Translations under genes and position numbers: made by a program
The notes under the pieces: model-generated
What the model was told of the DNA's origin: nothing
The model's input: only the letters and a program-made list of their open reading frames with translations
The model's database searches: none
Source of the DNA: Eledone cirrhosa
Lineage: Eukaryota
Direction: 5' to 3'
Length of the DNA: 64,000 bases
Assembly (NCBI GenBank): GCA_964016885.1
Contig: OZ024742.1
Location: 249,736,001 to 249,800,000, forward strand
Shown here: positions 1 to 12,966 of the stretch, piece by piece
How positions within the stretch are numbered: position 1 is the first letter of the stretch
How the letters are laid out: each line of letters opens with the position of its first letter

Positions 1-132
1 AAGAGGTATAAAAGTCTATGCTGCCTACATAGCAGAACAACGACTGATGCAGCTTCAGAGAAAACTAAGGTGCGAAAAATTGAAAATTTTAACAAAAGAC
101 AGATGAAGAGAGAAATAGACATACATACATAC

Positions 133-216
<84 letters not shown>

Positions 217-384
217 CATATATTCATGCAAACGTACACACATACATACATAAAGGCATACATACATATAGGCATACATACATATGATTATAAATATAAA
301 TATATACATGTGAATATACATATATATATACATATAAATATACATATGAATATACATATAAATATATACATATGTACATTTAAA

Positions 385-682
385 CTGGCACTGAGTCGCT
401 TACGATGACGAGAATTCCAGTTGGTACGATCAACGAAAATGACTACTCGTCAAAGTATCTTGCAATGCTGAACATTTTACAGCCACGTGTATTTTTGACA
501 TAGTTCTCAGGGAGATTCAGCATGACACTTCTGGCCCTTCGAATTAGAGCAAAGATATTTTTTGGCAATTGATTGAACTGGTGCAAAGTGTAGTAATGTT
601 TCAGACACAACTCGCCGCCCAGAATCGAACTCACGATTTTACGATGGTGAGTTGAATACCCTACCCACTAAGCCACGCGTCT
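385..682 (-). mobile_element. tRNA-derived SINE, diverged (cephalopod SINE-like body)
   Basis: Minus strand begins AAGACGCGTGGCTTAGTGGGTAGGG (A-box-like) and GAGTTCGATTCTGG (B-box-like); body resembles octopus SINEs from memory. Confidence 0.6.
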
Positions 683-732
683 TGGCTACACATACATACA
701 AAACACACCTACTCATATGACACAGGAATACG

Positions 733-816
<84 letters not shown>

Positions 817-854
817 TATGTATATATGCACATATATATATGCATATATATATA

Positions 855-968
<114 letters not shown>

Positions 969-982
969 TGCATATATATATA

Positions 983-1346
<364 letters not shown>

Positions 1347-1371
1347 CGTATATATATTTATATATATATGC

Positions 1372-1422
<51 letters not shown>

Positions 1423-2012
1423 CATATATACATATATATATATATCTGTATATATATGCATATCTATATATCTATATATACATGTGTGTATGTGTGTGTG
1501 TGATGTGTGTGTGTGTGTGTGCGTGTGCGTGTGTGTGTGTGTGTACATGTATCAGGATTCGAAATACAAAGTTCAAGTGCTTCAATGAATGCGAAATATT
1601 TTGCAAAGTGATATTTTTAATATGCACCTAGCCATATGGTAAGAATGATCTATTACACTGCAGAGAACATTCTGCTAGAAGCTTCTCTTGGAGTGGGATA
1701 TTCAAGTTACAACATAGGCTACCTAAGATAAACATCGAGAAAACATTTTACACGGGTACAAATACCTAAACATTAACACATGCATGCGTACATGGAATAT
1801 ACATAGACGTTTATATAGATTAAACCTAGAGACATTAAACGTATATGCGTATACATACGAACTCTATACATATGCAAACACGCACACATACACGCACACT
1901 CAAACATACTCACAAATATGTATGTTAAATATAATATGTATTTGTGCGTGAGTGTTTGTGTGTAGAATTATACATATTTATAAACATACACACGCATATA
2001 TGTATATATGTA

Positions 2013-2079
<67 letters not shown>

Positions 2080-2137
2080 GTTTCTGAATTTGTTTAGCAA
2101 GATTCTTTATCTGAAAACGTGTGTTGTCCCAAAGCAT

Positions 2138-2208
<71 letters not shown>

Positions 2209-2304
2209 TGTATGTATAGATAGATAGAGACAGAGGGGGAGAGGAGGGAGAAAGATTAATGCTTGTGTTGCGTTATGTTTTTAGACTACAAGGGATGAAA
2301 AACG

Positions 2305-2387
<83 letters not shown>

Positions 2388-4916
2388 GAAGTGAGGGAGA
2401 GAGAAGAAAGAGAGAACCACACAAAGACACAGGCTGATAAATAGATAAATATATAAATAGAATATAGATAGATAGAAATAATTTCTAATCCAATTAATAA
2501 CTTTTGTGCTACCTTTCCTGAAATAGATCAGTTACTACTGAAAATGACCTCAGGGCTTTGGAAAGTACGAATACTCGATGGAACTGTTATATTTTATAAG
2601 GTTTGATATTGATTTGGGGGTTACCAGAGCTCGTTCATTAGTATACGCTGACGCAATGGCTCCCAGGCTTTTCTCTAAACCTTTCATTTAAAAGAATACT
2701 CCCATGGACGTCCCGCTAACATTACTTCGCTCTTAGAATGATATACAGTGATAATAATAAGTGAAGGAAAGAGTTTCTTCTAATTAGAGAAGAAATACCC
2801 GATGGTGTGATTATATTATATTTTCTATGAAGTATCTTGAATTTTGTATTTAATACACGGACGACAAGTTCAACCTTTACGGAGACCCAAGGGTACAGTG
2901 TACTTAAGGCTGGGAACTGCTATGTAGCTCAAGGAACGGCTCAGTTGTGAGCTTAGAGTCATTCTGCAGCCTTGAAGCAATTTCCGTCGTGTCGGATGTT
3001 TATAGTGACACCCCGCCTCCACTTCTTGTGTAGCAGTATGTTTACATTGATGAAGATATACAAATCATAATCTAGTGCACATCTTTTCTTCTGTCTCCCG
3101 TTTGTTTGCGCTCCAACAACAATTCCAGTGACCATCCATGTGTGGAATTGTTGGAGGAGATTCACAGATTTGCTCTTCAGTCCATTCTGCATTTTCAAAA
3201 CTTTTCAGCTTCTTTTAGAATATGAAACATCTGTACATGTTGTGAATAACAAGTAGGTTTCAATTACTATTTTGGAATGTTAGTGATGAACAGACGGTGT
3301 TTAGATTGAGGAAATATAACAAAGGGTTTTTAATAAACTGTGTCGGGTGCCAGACCAAAAACTAATTCCAAGAAGACTTCCTAGGGAGCAGTCATCTGGG
3401 TAGAGACGATATTCTCCGGGGCAGTGGTTCTCAAACATAATATGGTGTGGAACCCTTATACGAGTTTCCACCAAACGGGAAATCCATGCTTAAATTATAT
3501 GACCTAGTCCCCCCGCATTGCATTTAATAGGACAATAACTGAAACAAAAATTACTTTAATTTTTATGTATGTACATATATGTATGAGTGTGCACGTGTAT
3601 TGTGTGGGGTGTGTTTCTGTGTATGTGCGCACGCATATGTATACATACATATATATATATATGTGTGTGTGTGTATGTACGTGTGTCTGTGTTTGTATGT
3701 GTGTGTGTGCGTGCGCGCGCGTGTAATTAATCATACCAGGTTCCTACGTTTAGTTAAGCCTGAGGAACTAACTTCTTCAACCATTGCCGAGAAAAATAAA
3801 CCGGAAAATGTTTACGCAAAAAGTAAAATACAGAACAAAAAGAAAGAGCCCAATCAAGTGCAGACAGTTTGGCCGAAAAATCTCTAACAAAAGCTACAAT
3901 AGCTAATAATTATGAGAAGGCTAGAGAAAATAGATAGATTAATGCAGATGTAAATCTATATTGAGGATGCCAGTTCTGCAAAGGGTACTTAGAAACTTGA
4001 CAACGTCGCGAGAACACTTTATATGTGTTAAGTGGTTTGTTATTGTTGTGGAAACTATTCAAATCCATCATTTCTTGCTATTGCATAATCTGCAGATTTT
4101 GTTCCGATTTATATATGGTCAACAGTTTTCTAGTATCGTCCATTTGAGGGGGAAGTCTATGTTCTTTTCTTTAAGTTACCTTATGTTATTGCCAAATGTG
4201 TGATGTTTCTTTTATTTGAGTATTGCAAGGTCATTTCGTGACAAAGGAAGCGTTTTTACACCGGCTCTCTCATATACCGACGTATTTCCAGGATACCTGT
4301 TATTGATGTTGATTTAATGAAGAGGCCTCAGCTTCATATACTATAGCTGGGGTGTTGCATTCCTGATCCAGCGGGCATGACTAAAGATTTTTACAAGAAC
4401 ATCCATATACTTTTGGGTTCTGTCGTTCATGCAGGGGCATGACTTAATGTTCTTGGCACAGGAGGATCTAATTTTAAACGTATGAAGTTTAGAGATCTAG
4501 TGGTAAATGAGTCTTTGGGGAAAGTGCGTATAAATGAGGGCTAAACACCTCTTTCCGGCATTAGTTGTATCATTTAACGAGAAAGGAGCAGAGAACCCGA
4601 TTTTTGCGTTATTTCTATTTTTTGCCTTGGTTACCTAAAATTAACACATTCGTTGTGTCGAGGTCGTGTCCATTCTTATGGCTCGTAGAGCCCTGACAAT
4701 CGGTCACGCTATAAACCCATCTGAAAATCTACGAATTTCGTTGTAAGGTAACGGAACTTACGTACCTAGTATGGTATCGTTGTAGTAAGTGGCCTGAATG
4801 ATTATGTTCAAGCTCGGGCTACGGACTTGAGTTGCTCTATACCTTAGATATTTTTTCCTAACTATCACTAATTTCTCTCTCTCTCTCTCTCTCTCTCTCT
4901 AAATATATATATATAT

Positions 4917-5345
4917 ACTAGCAGATAGCAGAGGTACCCGGCGTTGCTCGAGTATTAAATAGCAGTTGTGTATACCATTTATGTCAATACTTCAGTGCTT
5001 CTTCGAAAACTATACCTTTACAAAATGATCGGGTTTTTCCAAAAGTGGGTTCCTGCCCCCAGGGGTCCCCTACTCAATATATACCAATTCTGAGAGTTTA
5101 CATTCATCTGTAGGACAAACGTAGCCCATGTGTCAAGTTTTGGGAAAATCGGTTGCGAACTACAGATGTTATGACGTTTTGTTGCATTGCACTGCAGGGC
5201 TTCAGTCGACTGAAAGGAAGTGGTTAAAGGGGGTTGTCTGCCGAGAGTCCCTTTAATCAATATCTGGAAAAATGAAAGTGCCCATGACCATCCGGAGTAC
5301 ATAAGTAACCTATGTCTTAAGTTTGGTGAAAATACTGTAGAAATG
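4917..5345 (+). mobile_element. Probable non-autonomous Helitron/Helentron-like element
   Basis: Starts ACTAGC...GTACCCGGCGTTGCTCG; internal repeated AAGTTT(T)GG.GAAAAT motifs; runs into a (GT)n tract. Confidence 0.45.
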
Positions 5346-6303
5346 CATAAGGTTTATACATACGCGCGCGCGTGCGTGCGTGTGTGTGTGTGTGTGAGTG
5401 TGTGTGTATGTTTGTGTGTGTGTGTGCGTGTTTTGGGGTGTGTATGTATTTGTGTGTGCGTATGTATGTGTATGTCCGTTGGGGCATACGTATGTACTGG
5501 CCTAATCTTCACTATTTACTTTTACTATTTTAATAACCTCTGTCATTTTCGTTTTCAATTTTATTTACATCATTCTTAAACTCCGGGGCTGGAAATCATT
5601 CTGTTATTTTAAATAGAATATTAGTCTAACGACTCCATTTATACCATAAATTTGGTCTTGTCTTTTCATGAAATTGTTCTTTACGCTCCACATAACGACG
5701 TATTATCCTCGCTTTTTTGCGTTCATTGCTAGGGAACGTCTTCACGAACCAAAATATCGTCTTCCTGTTTTCATTCGGTTGCAACGTTTCTCGAAATATT
5801 TAAATTCTGCGTTCACAGTTTACCCTCAGATCAATTTGTGTGGGAAATTCCTGTTTCATCTATTTTCTCCGTAACCATGGAAGCTTGTAGCTTGAACGTC
5901 GACCCAACGCCTCCTCGGGTCATTCTGCATAACTGTGTAAATGTTCGCTGCATTCCACCAAGCCATTACGACGTTTATCCGACTACACCTCCGACAACTT
6001 TTAATTTTTATAGTAGATAATTGTTTCTACTTTTGGCACAAGGCCAGCAATTATCGCAGTGCATTACTGGTACTACATTCTTGTCTCTGTCTCTGTTTGT
6101 GCATGCGTCTGCGTTTGTGTTTTCTGTTTGGAATTAGTGTTCGTATTTGTGTCTATGTATTTTTTTTATTCTATCTCTGTTCGCTAGTGTATGTTTATGT
6201 GTGTTTGTTGTTATTGTACTTGTGTATATATATATATTTTTTTTTATATTTCCCTTCGGTTAGTATTTTGTGTTTGGGTATGGTTGTTATTGCTATTCCA
6301 TTC

Positions 6304-6374
<71 letters not shown>

Positions 6375-6640
6375 CAATATATATATACACGGGAGAAAAA
6401 ACCAGTGCGTAGTTAGATTGATGTATATTTCATTATACCAATGAAGCTTTGCCAGTGATTTGATCACCAGAGGTTTCGTGCTAAAATCGTTATTTGATTT
6501 CATGTAATTTGTTTGGTGTACGTGTTCATGTTTGTTGGGGGTATAACGTTGGAGATTATTTCTGGGGTTGCTTTGATACTGTGTGAATGTAACATACATT
6601 ACGTCGCTGCAGATAATTTAGAAACGATGTAATAACACAG

Positions 6641-6700
6641 CTGCAACCTGATGACCTATGTCGCCCTGTACCAGTAATTAGTGTAGGCTAGTAGTTATAG
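6641..6700 (+). ncRNA. Decayed hammerhead-like motif (GAAA missing)
   Basis: ctgcaac-CTGATGA-ccta...tagg-[no GAAA]-ctag-TA-gttatag; stems I, II and III can pair but the core is incomplete. Confidence 0.4.
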
Positions 6701-6879
6701 TGGGAGGGGTAAGGTATAGTTTTCAAGGGCGGGAATGTTTATTCATGTATTGTGTGGCATGTGCCAAGTGAGTGTGAGAATTAATGTAGGTATGTATATT
6801 GTATATGTGTGCGTTAGAGGTTAACGTTGGTTTGGTGTAGATTTGTTTGCGTTTAGGTTAAGGCAATTAACATTCATGG

Positions 6880-6920
<41 letters not shown>

Positions 6921-7082
6921 CAGCGGCATTAACATAGCCTGCCTCATAACAGAGTAACAGCTATCTCAGCAACCGTACAAGAGCGTCAGACACGTAAATA
7001 AATAGTGTGTGCCTTCATATTCAGCCCTATATATATGTGTGTGTGTGTCTGTGTGTGTGCGTGTGTGTGTGTATATGTCTGT

Positions 7083-7146
<64 letters not shown>

Positions 7147-7269
7147 TTTTATATATATATATAATTTTAAAAATAAGACTTCAGTTGCATTTTCGATTTC
7201 ATCTTTTTTCCTTATAATTTCACTCGTGTAGGACACCTCGGTTATTTTTCATTTTGTAAAAAACCTCAC

Positions 7270-7307
<38 letters not shown>

Positions 7308-8224
7308 GTAGCACGCTCTACTCTAGTTCAACCTTTGTATTTTTGCTCTCACTGTCTGTTTCCCACAATTCCATCCCCTTCTTGTTTCTCCCACTATCGT
7401 TCACTCGTCTATTTCCTTTCTGGCATTTTACCTTTTTTTTCGGTATTTTGCCACTCAACCTTGGTAGGTAGCATAATTATTTTTCTTCATTTCCCTAGCT
7501 CAATCATTTAAAATCTAGTAAGATTTACATGTTAATTTCGTTGTCTATTTCTTTCTAATCGTAACACATTATGTATTTATTTTTACTTTTGTCAAAAGAC
7601 ACCCATAAATTTTCCAGTCCATTCTTTGATTTCTTATCGTCTCACATCCATTTTACCAATAGAATGGTCCAAATATCTGTTCAGCAAACTGACATCACAA
7701 TTTCAATACTACCTCAATGCGCGAAATTACATGTGAGCAAGGTGGTGAAAGTGGTGATATTCAGTGGCCTGTTTGTCTTATGTACCTGTGTGCATTTTCT
7801 GGACCTGTGTGTATTTATCGTTGTTGTGGTGCTACATGCATTTGGTCGCTCTTCTTGGTGTCACACTTTCTTAACTTTGTGTACACTCTTGACGAAAATG
7901 TATTAACATTTCGCACCATTGGGGGTTTTGGACTGCCTCAAACAGTTCGATTCGTATCTGCTATACTGCGCCAACACCTTCGATTTATTATTATTATTAC
8001 CTTTCATCCTTACGGGGTGGTTAAAATAAAGTACCAGTAATGCACTGGTAATTGCATTATTATTATTACTATTATTATTATTACTATTACTATTACAGCT
8101 GCATTTATCTTGCTTTATGTTCATACGAGTTATCACCAAGTCACAACCAGTGACCTCAAGAGACAACAAGGTCCGCCATGTTCAAGAAATAACATACATA
8201 CACACACATGCATCTTTAGGTGTT

Positions 8225-8620
8225 TAGACTTGTGATGTACTTATATTGACAGAATCTTCCTTAGTATATGGGCAGTTCCCATTAGTACTATCTTTTGTAT
8301 TTCTCCTATACGCGGGTTTCCTGGGATTTGCAATATGTAATCATTAGACCCCCTAGGTATCATTCCTAGAGCGCCTACAACCACTGGTATTGTTTTAGTT
8401 CTCAGTTTCCACATTTTTCCAATTTCTATCTCCAGGTCCTTATACTTGCTCAATTTTTCAAATGTTTTTATAGATACATTCTTGTCTATTGGAAAGGACA
8501 TATCAATTAGCAGGCATATCCTCTTTTTAAAGTCCTTCAGTATTATATCAGGTCTATTTGCATCTATTTTTCAGTCTGTTTGGATGCTAAAGTTCCACAA
8601 GATTGAGATGTGATCTTTTT
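8225..8620 (-). mobile_element. R4/Dong-like non-LTR retrotransposon 3' fragment (restriction-like endonuclease)
   Basis: RPDIILKD..ICLLIDMSFP..EKLSKYKDLEIEI..IPVVVGALG..GTAHILRK (ORF 8241..8501 and upstream). Confidence 0.8.
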
Positions 8621-8829
8621 CAAGTATGGGAGGTGGTTGATGCTCCCACCAATTCTTTTGATGGGGCAGGTCAAAATGCTTACACATTATCCAATGTATG
8701 TATTGTGCAGTTCTGTATTAACTGGCTTACCAATGCACACTATGAATTTATTTGCCCTAGGTGTCAGAAAGAAATTCGGCATATATCTCAGAAACAATAA
8801 TAATAATAATTATTATTATTATTGTTCTT

Positions 8830-10403
8830 TGAGTCTCAGTCATTGATGTTAGTAAACTGGAAAGTTTGTTGAAATGAATATTAGGCCACTACTTGCAGCC
8901 TCAGATATTCAGGACGTATCGGAGGGTTCTTGCTGTTCCCAGCAAGCATGCCTTTTGATGTGTTCCAAAAAGCGTGGCGGGGCCAATTTTCTTTAATCAT
9001 CCCTGGAAACTTTTTGAGATAGTACCTAGTGCGCCTATGACAATCGGGACCACTTTGACTTCATGGCAGTTCCAAATCCTTTTTACCTCCCACTTTAAGT
9101 CCTGATATCGGTTAATTTTCTCCCTCTCCTTCTCTTGCACTCTCGTGTCGAATGGGCAGGCTACATACGCAATCAGGTACGATCTGTTTTCCTTGTCCAA
9201 AACCACCAGGTCAGGTCTATTGTATTCCAGTTTCTTGTCCGTCTGTATCCTAAAATTCCACAGCACCTTCACCTGATCATTTTCTATCACCGACTCTGGC
9301 TTATGCTTATACCACTTCTCAGAATGTGGTAAATTGTTTACTTTGCATAGGTGCCAGTGGATCACCCTGCCCATCACATCATGTCACCAGCCTTTACAGT
9401 GAGTCTGGTCTAGGTGTTTACACTCGGACACAATGTGAGCCACAGTCTCCTCTCTCTCTCCACAGATCCTGCACAGTGAGCTAGCCTCCTCCTTGTAAAC
9501 ATGGTGTTTCAACCATTTCGTTTTGAGGGCCTGCTCTTGCGCAGCCATTAGCATTCCTTCTGTAGCCTTTTTAAGGTCTCCTCTTTTCAACCAGTTCCAT
9601 GTCTGTGGATCTCTGAATTCAGTTTTCTCATGAAGGTACTCTGAAGGGATTTTTCATGAAGGCTACTCTTTCTCCTTGTTGTTATTTCCTCCTTGGACAT
9701 CCCCTGGCCTATTTTCCTCTCCTTCAGTACAATTCTGAGCATTGGCTCCTTGCTATCAGTCACGTATTTGTGTAGGTGGTTTTTCTCCATCTGAACACAG
9801 TCCTCTATGCTGATAAGACATCTTCCACCTTCAGATCTCTTTAAGTAGAGTCTATCGACATCACTCCTCTCGTGGAACATGTTGTAGATAGTCAATAGCT
9901 TCCTAGTCTTCCTATCCATTTCTTTTTGTTCAGCAACATTCCATCTCAGAATTCCCGCACTGTACCTAATAATAGACACAGCTCAGGAATTTACTGCACT
10001 TATGGCATTCCTACTGTTCAGATGTGACTTTAATACGCTCCCTACTCTCCGAATGTATTCAGATCTTATCAAATCCTTCATTTTTTTTGTTCTTGATGTC
10101 ATCAGCCTCCAGAACACCCACATACTTGTATCCTTCTTCAGTGTCAATTTCCTTTATCATCTCAGCTGTTGGTACCTGGATTCCGTTGCTTCTGCTCAAT
10201 TTACCCCTCTTCATCACAAGGACTCCACACTTACTAATACCAAATTGCATACATATATCATTGCTGAAAATACGGACAGTGTCAACAAGCACATCCAACT
10301 CCTTCTCACTCTTCCCGAAGAGCTTAAGATCGTCCAAGAAGGGGAGGTGATTGATGGTAAGCTCTCCCTTACCCAACTTGTATCCTGCTCTCACTTTTCG
10401 CAA
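8830..10403 (-). mobile_element. R4/Dong-like non-LTR retrotransposon, 5'-truncated and frameshifted (RT C-terminus, CCHC, RLE)
   Basis: HLPFLDDLKLFG (RT), YKYVG, CRICGEREETVAHIVSEC, RPDLVVLDK across ORFs 10059-10403, 9587-9979, 9384-9590, 8997-9377; flanked by (TAA)/(TTA) repeats. Confidence 0.85.
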
Positions 10404-10414
10404 TTATTATTGTT

Positions 10415-10600
10415 AGGTGGATTGGCAGTATCTGTAGAGGGTCGGACGCCATGCTTTCCAGCATAGTTACGTCCCTTTACGATCTGAGTTCAAATCCCGC
10501 TGAGGTTGACTTTGCCTTTCATCCTAACGGGGTCGATAAAATAAAGTACCAGTAATGAACTGGGTAATTACTGGCCTTGTGCCTAAAGTAGAAACAATTA
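10415..10600 (+). mobile_element. tRNA-derived SINE with Meta-domain-like core
   Basis: TGGCAGTATCTGTAG A-box-like, GAGTTCAAATCC B-box, GCCTTTCATCCT..GGGGTCGATAAAATAAAGTACCAG core, (ATT)n tail; at least 5 other copies in the window. Confidence 0.85.
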
Positions 10601-10836
10601 TTATTATTATTACTATTATTGAATGCCATGGTTGACGGAGGCTCGGCTCTGTAAGGTATAGTAATTTTTAACCGTTAAAACAATTGTAAATTGTTTAAAA
10701 CTTGAACCAAATTGTTGATAAAGACACCCTCCTCCTCCTGAGAGGGGTCTTTCTGTCCGTTATTTGGCCCTTCGGGGTTAAATAACCAGTTATTGGGGTT
10801 TTGTACCCAAAATTTCATTTTAAACAAAAAAACAAC

Positions 10837-12931
10837 ATGGCTACAAAAAAGAAATTTCATACGTCACTCCCACTCATTCCGTCTTCTCCTTCCTCAATCA
10901 TCACTACAGCAGAGAGAAGATTGTCTCTCTCCCTCCATTCTTTAAATGTGTCTCTCTCCCTCCCTTCTCTTTCGCAAGTGACGAAAGAAAAGAAAAGTCT
11001 CGTGCAAAGCGTGCAAGGTTTCTCCACGACGACGACGACAGCGACGAAACAGGTGTGCGGGAAATACGAAAACCCAGTTCATTCGTCTGACGTCAGGAAT
11101 AATAGCAGTAGCAGCCGTAATAACAACAGCAACAGTGACAATGAAAACAACAGTAGCAGCCGCAACAGCATCACCAGCAGCATAAACAACAACAGCATTA
11201 GTAGCAGCAACACCAACAACAACCACAGCAACAGCGGCGGAGGCAGTAGTCGTAGTACCTGCAGCAACAACAAAAGTACCAGCAGCTCTGACGACAACAA
11301 CAACAGCAGAGAAAAACCAATCTCATTTGCAGGTATTGCGAAAAACTTGGAAACAATCCTCATAACAAATGAGGAATTAGAGGAAGCGAAGAAGATGGTG
11401 ACAAAGAACGGACACCGAGCAATCTGCAAGGCAGCGGAAAAATTTTTCGAAACCCAAGAGCACTGTACGGTCACGTACCGTACAGTAAGTACAAAATCCC
11501 GTAGGATGGAAAGAGCCACAGAATGCCCAAATACAAAAAGCCTTGGGGTCAGTGTGGCAGCGGAAAACGCACATCACCCGAGGCAAAAAATATGCCACCG
11601 TAGACGTACTTTTTGCCACACCCCAGGAGGCAAAGGCCCAATCAGTAGTGACCCTAAGGAGCGAGGAAATGGTGTTGGTGCCCTCCTACTGCGGGCAAAA
11701 AATTGTGAGGGTCAAACTGACCCACGTCCCCCCCGGAATGACCCCTTCTTGGCTGGCCGCGTCTATCCTCGTCGGAATCGAGGACAAAACAACTGTACTG
11801 CAAGTACAGAAAAAAGTAAGAGAAGATTGGGTCGGCTCCTCCATTGAGATGCTAATCCAAACCAACCAGGAGTGCATCGAAGCTATCCCGGATGTGATAG
11901 ACTTCGATAACGGCACTCAACTGCCCATAAGTGTTGAGGGCAAACGCCCGAAATGCTTTCGCTGTGGATCGAAGACTCACCTCAGGGCCTTCTGCAACGA
12001 GAAGACCCTGAGAAAGGAGAAAACCCCCCTCCTTCCGAATCCGGCTCCACGGCTACCAGCAACAGGACAAGCGGCTACCAGGAACGATAGGCCCGTGGCA
12101 CCCATACCCACTCCACGGAAATCAAAAACAGCAGCAGCAGTGGAAGTACTAACAACAACAACAGCAATACCAAATGCAGCTGCAACAGAGACTCCACTGC
12201 AAACATCACCAACAACAACAAGTGAAAGAGTGGAGCTGGTACCCCTCCCCGACCTCACAGAATCAGACATGGAGTGTGAGGTGGGAGAGAGATGGCAAAA
12301 GGTCGTAAGAAGGCACAAACGCAGAAGCAGCGCATCGTCGCCTTTGAAAAGGGAGGAAAGAAATGAGAAAAGGGTAAAGTCTACTGCAAAGAGACCCACA
12401 GCAGCAACAACACCAACACCATCACCACCCACACTAGCACCACCATCACCACCGGCGACAATCCCACCGCCAACAACACCTTCAACACCACCACCACAAG
12501 CACCAACATCGCAAACACAACAACAAAACACACACACCCAGCAACAACGACAAGAAAATAGCAGAACCACACCCCACCCCCAGAAAAACAAATGCACGGC
12601 AATAAATACACACAAGAAACTAATGACTTATATAATTGAACACACAGACATTTCACAACAGGACTACATAATACCAGCACCAATCAAAACGCCAACTAAC
12701 ATAAGACTGCTAAAAATAGCACAGAAACAATACACAAACATTAAAACGAAATTCCCCAACGCAGTTGGTGATTTCAGGGACCTAGGAGGAACCATCAATC
12801 GAAGAGTATACTCAGACATTCTCTTAGAAGAGCCGACGACCAACCCAAGGGACGATTCAACGGTCCCTTCACCAGACGATCAAGTGAAAAGGGATGTAAA
12901 AACCATCCCTCCTCTACCAAAAGTACGGTAA
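10837..12931 (+). pseudogene. Tx1 ORF1 (gag-like, CCHC knuckle) with one frameshift near 11525
   Basis: Asn/Ser-rich N-terminus in ORF 10801..11847; CFRCGSKTHLRAFC and Pro/Thr-rich tail in ORF 11543..12931. Confidence 0.85.
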
Positions 12932-12966
12932 GTGGTCTTTCCCATCTTTTCCACTCTATTTTAAAC

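Noticed and set aside
2959-3235. Possible host exon (minus frame CESPPTIPHMDGHWNC, vaguely sushi-like)
   Set aside because: Short, interrupted by stops, and without supporting neighbouring exons; cannot be supported without a database search
3422-3470. hAT-like terminus CAGTGGTTCTCAAAC
   Set aside because: No matching opposite TIR or 8-bp target-site duplication found
7884-7925. Hammerhead-like remnants here (TTGACGA plus hairpin), at about 28250-28295 (TTGATAA...GAAG) and at 60336-60398 (CTGAAGA...GTC)
   Set aside because: Several core or stem mismatches in each; plausible decayed ribozymes but not distinguishable from chance
10415-10505. tRNA gene (A and B boxes)
   Set aside because: No cloverleaf; it is the head of a multi-copy SINE
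11500-11560. Possible programmed frameshift in Tx1 ORF1
   Set aside because: No slippery heptamer seen, and the second family breaks at a different position; most likely a post-insertion indel
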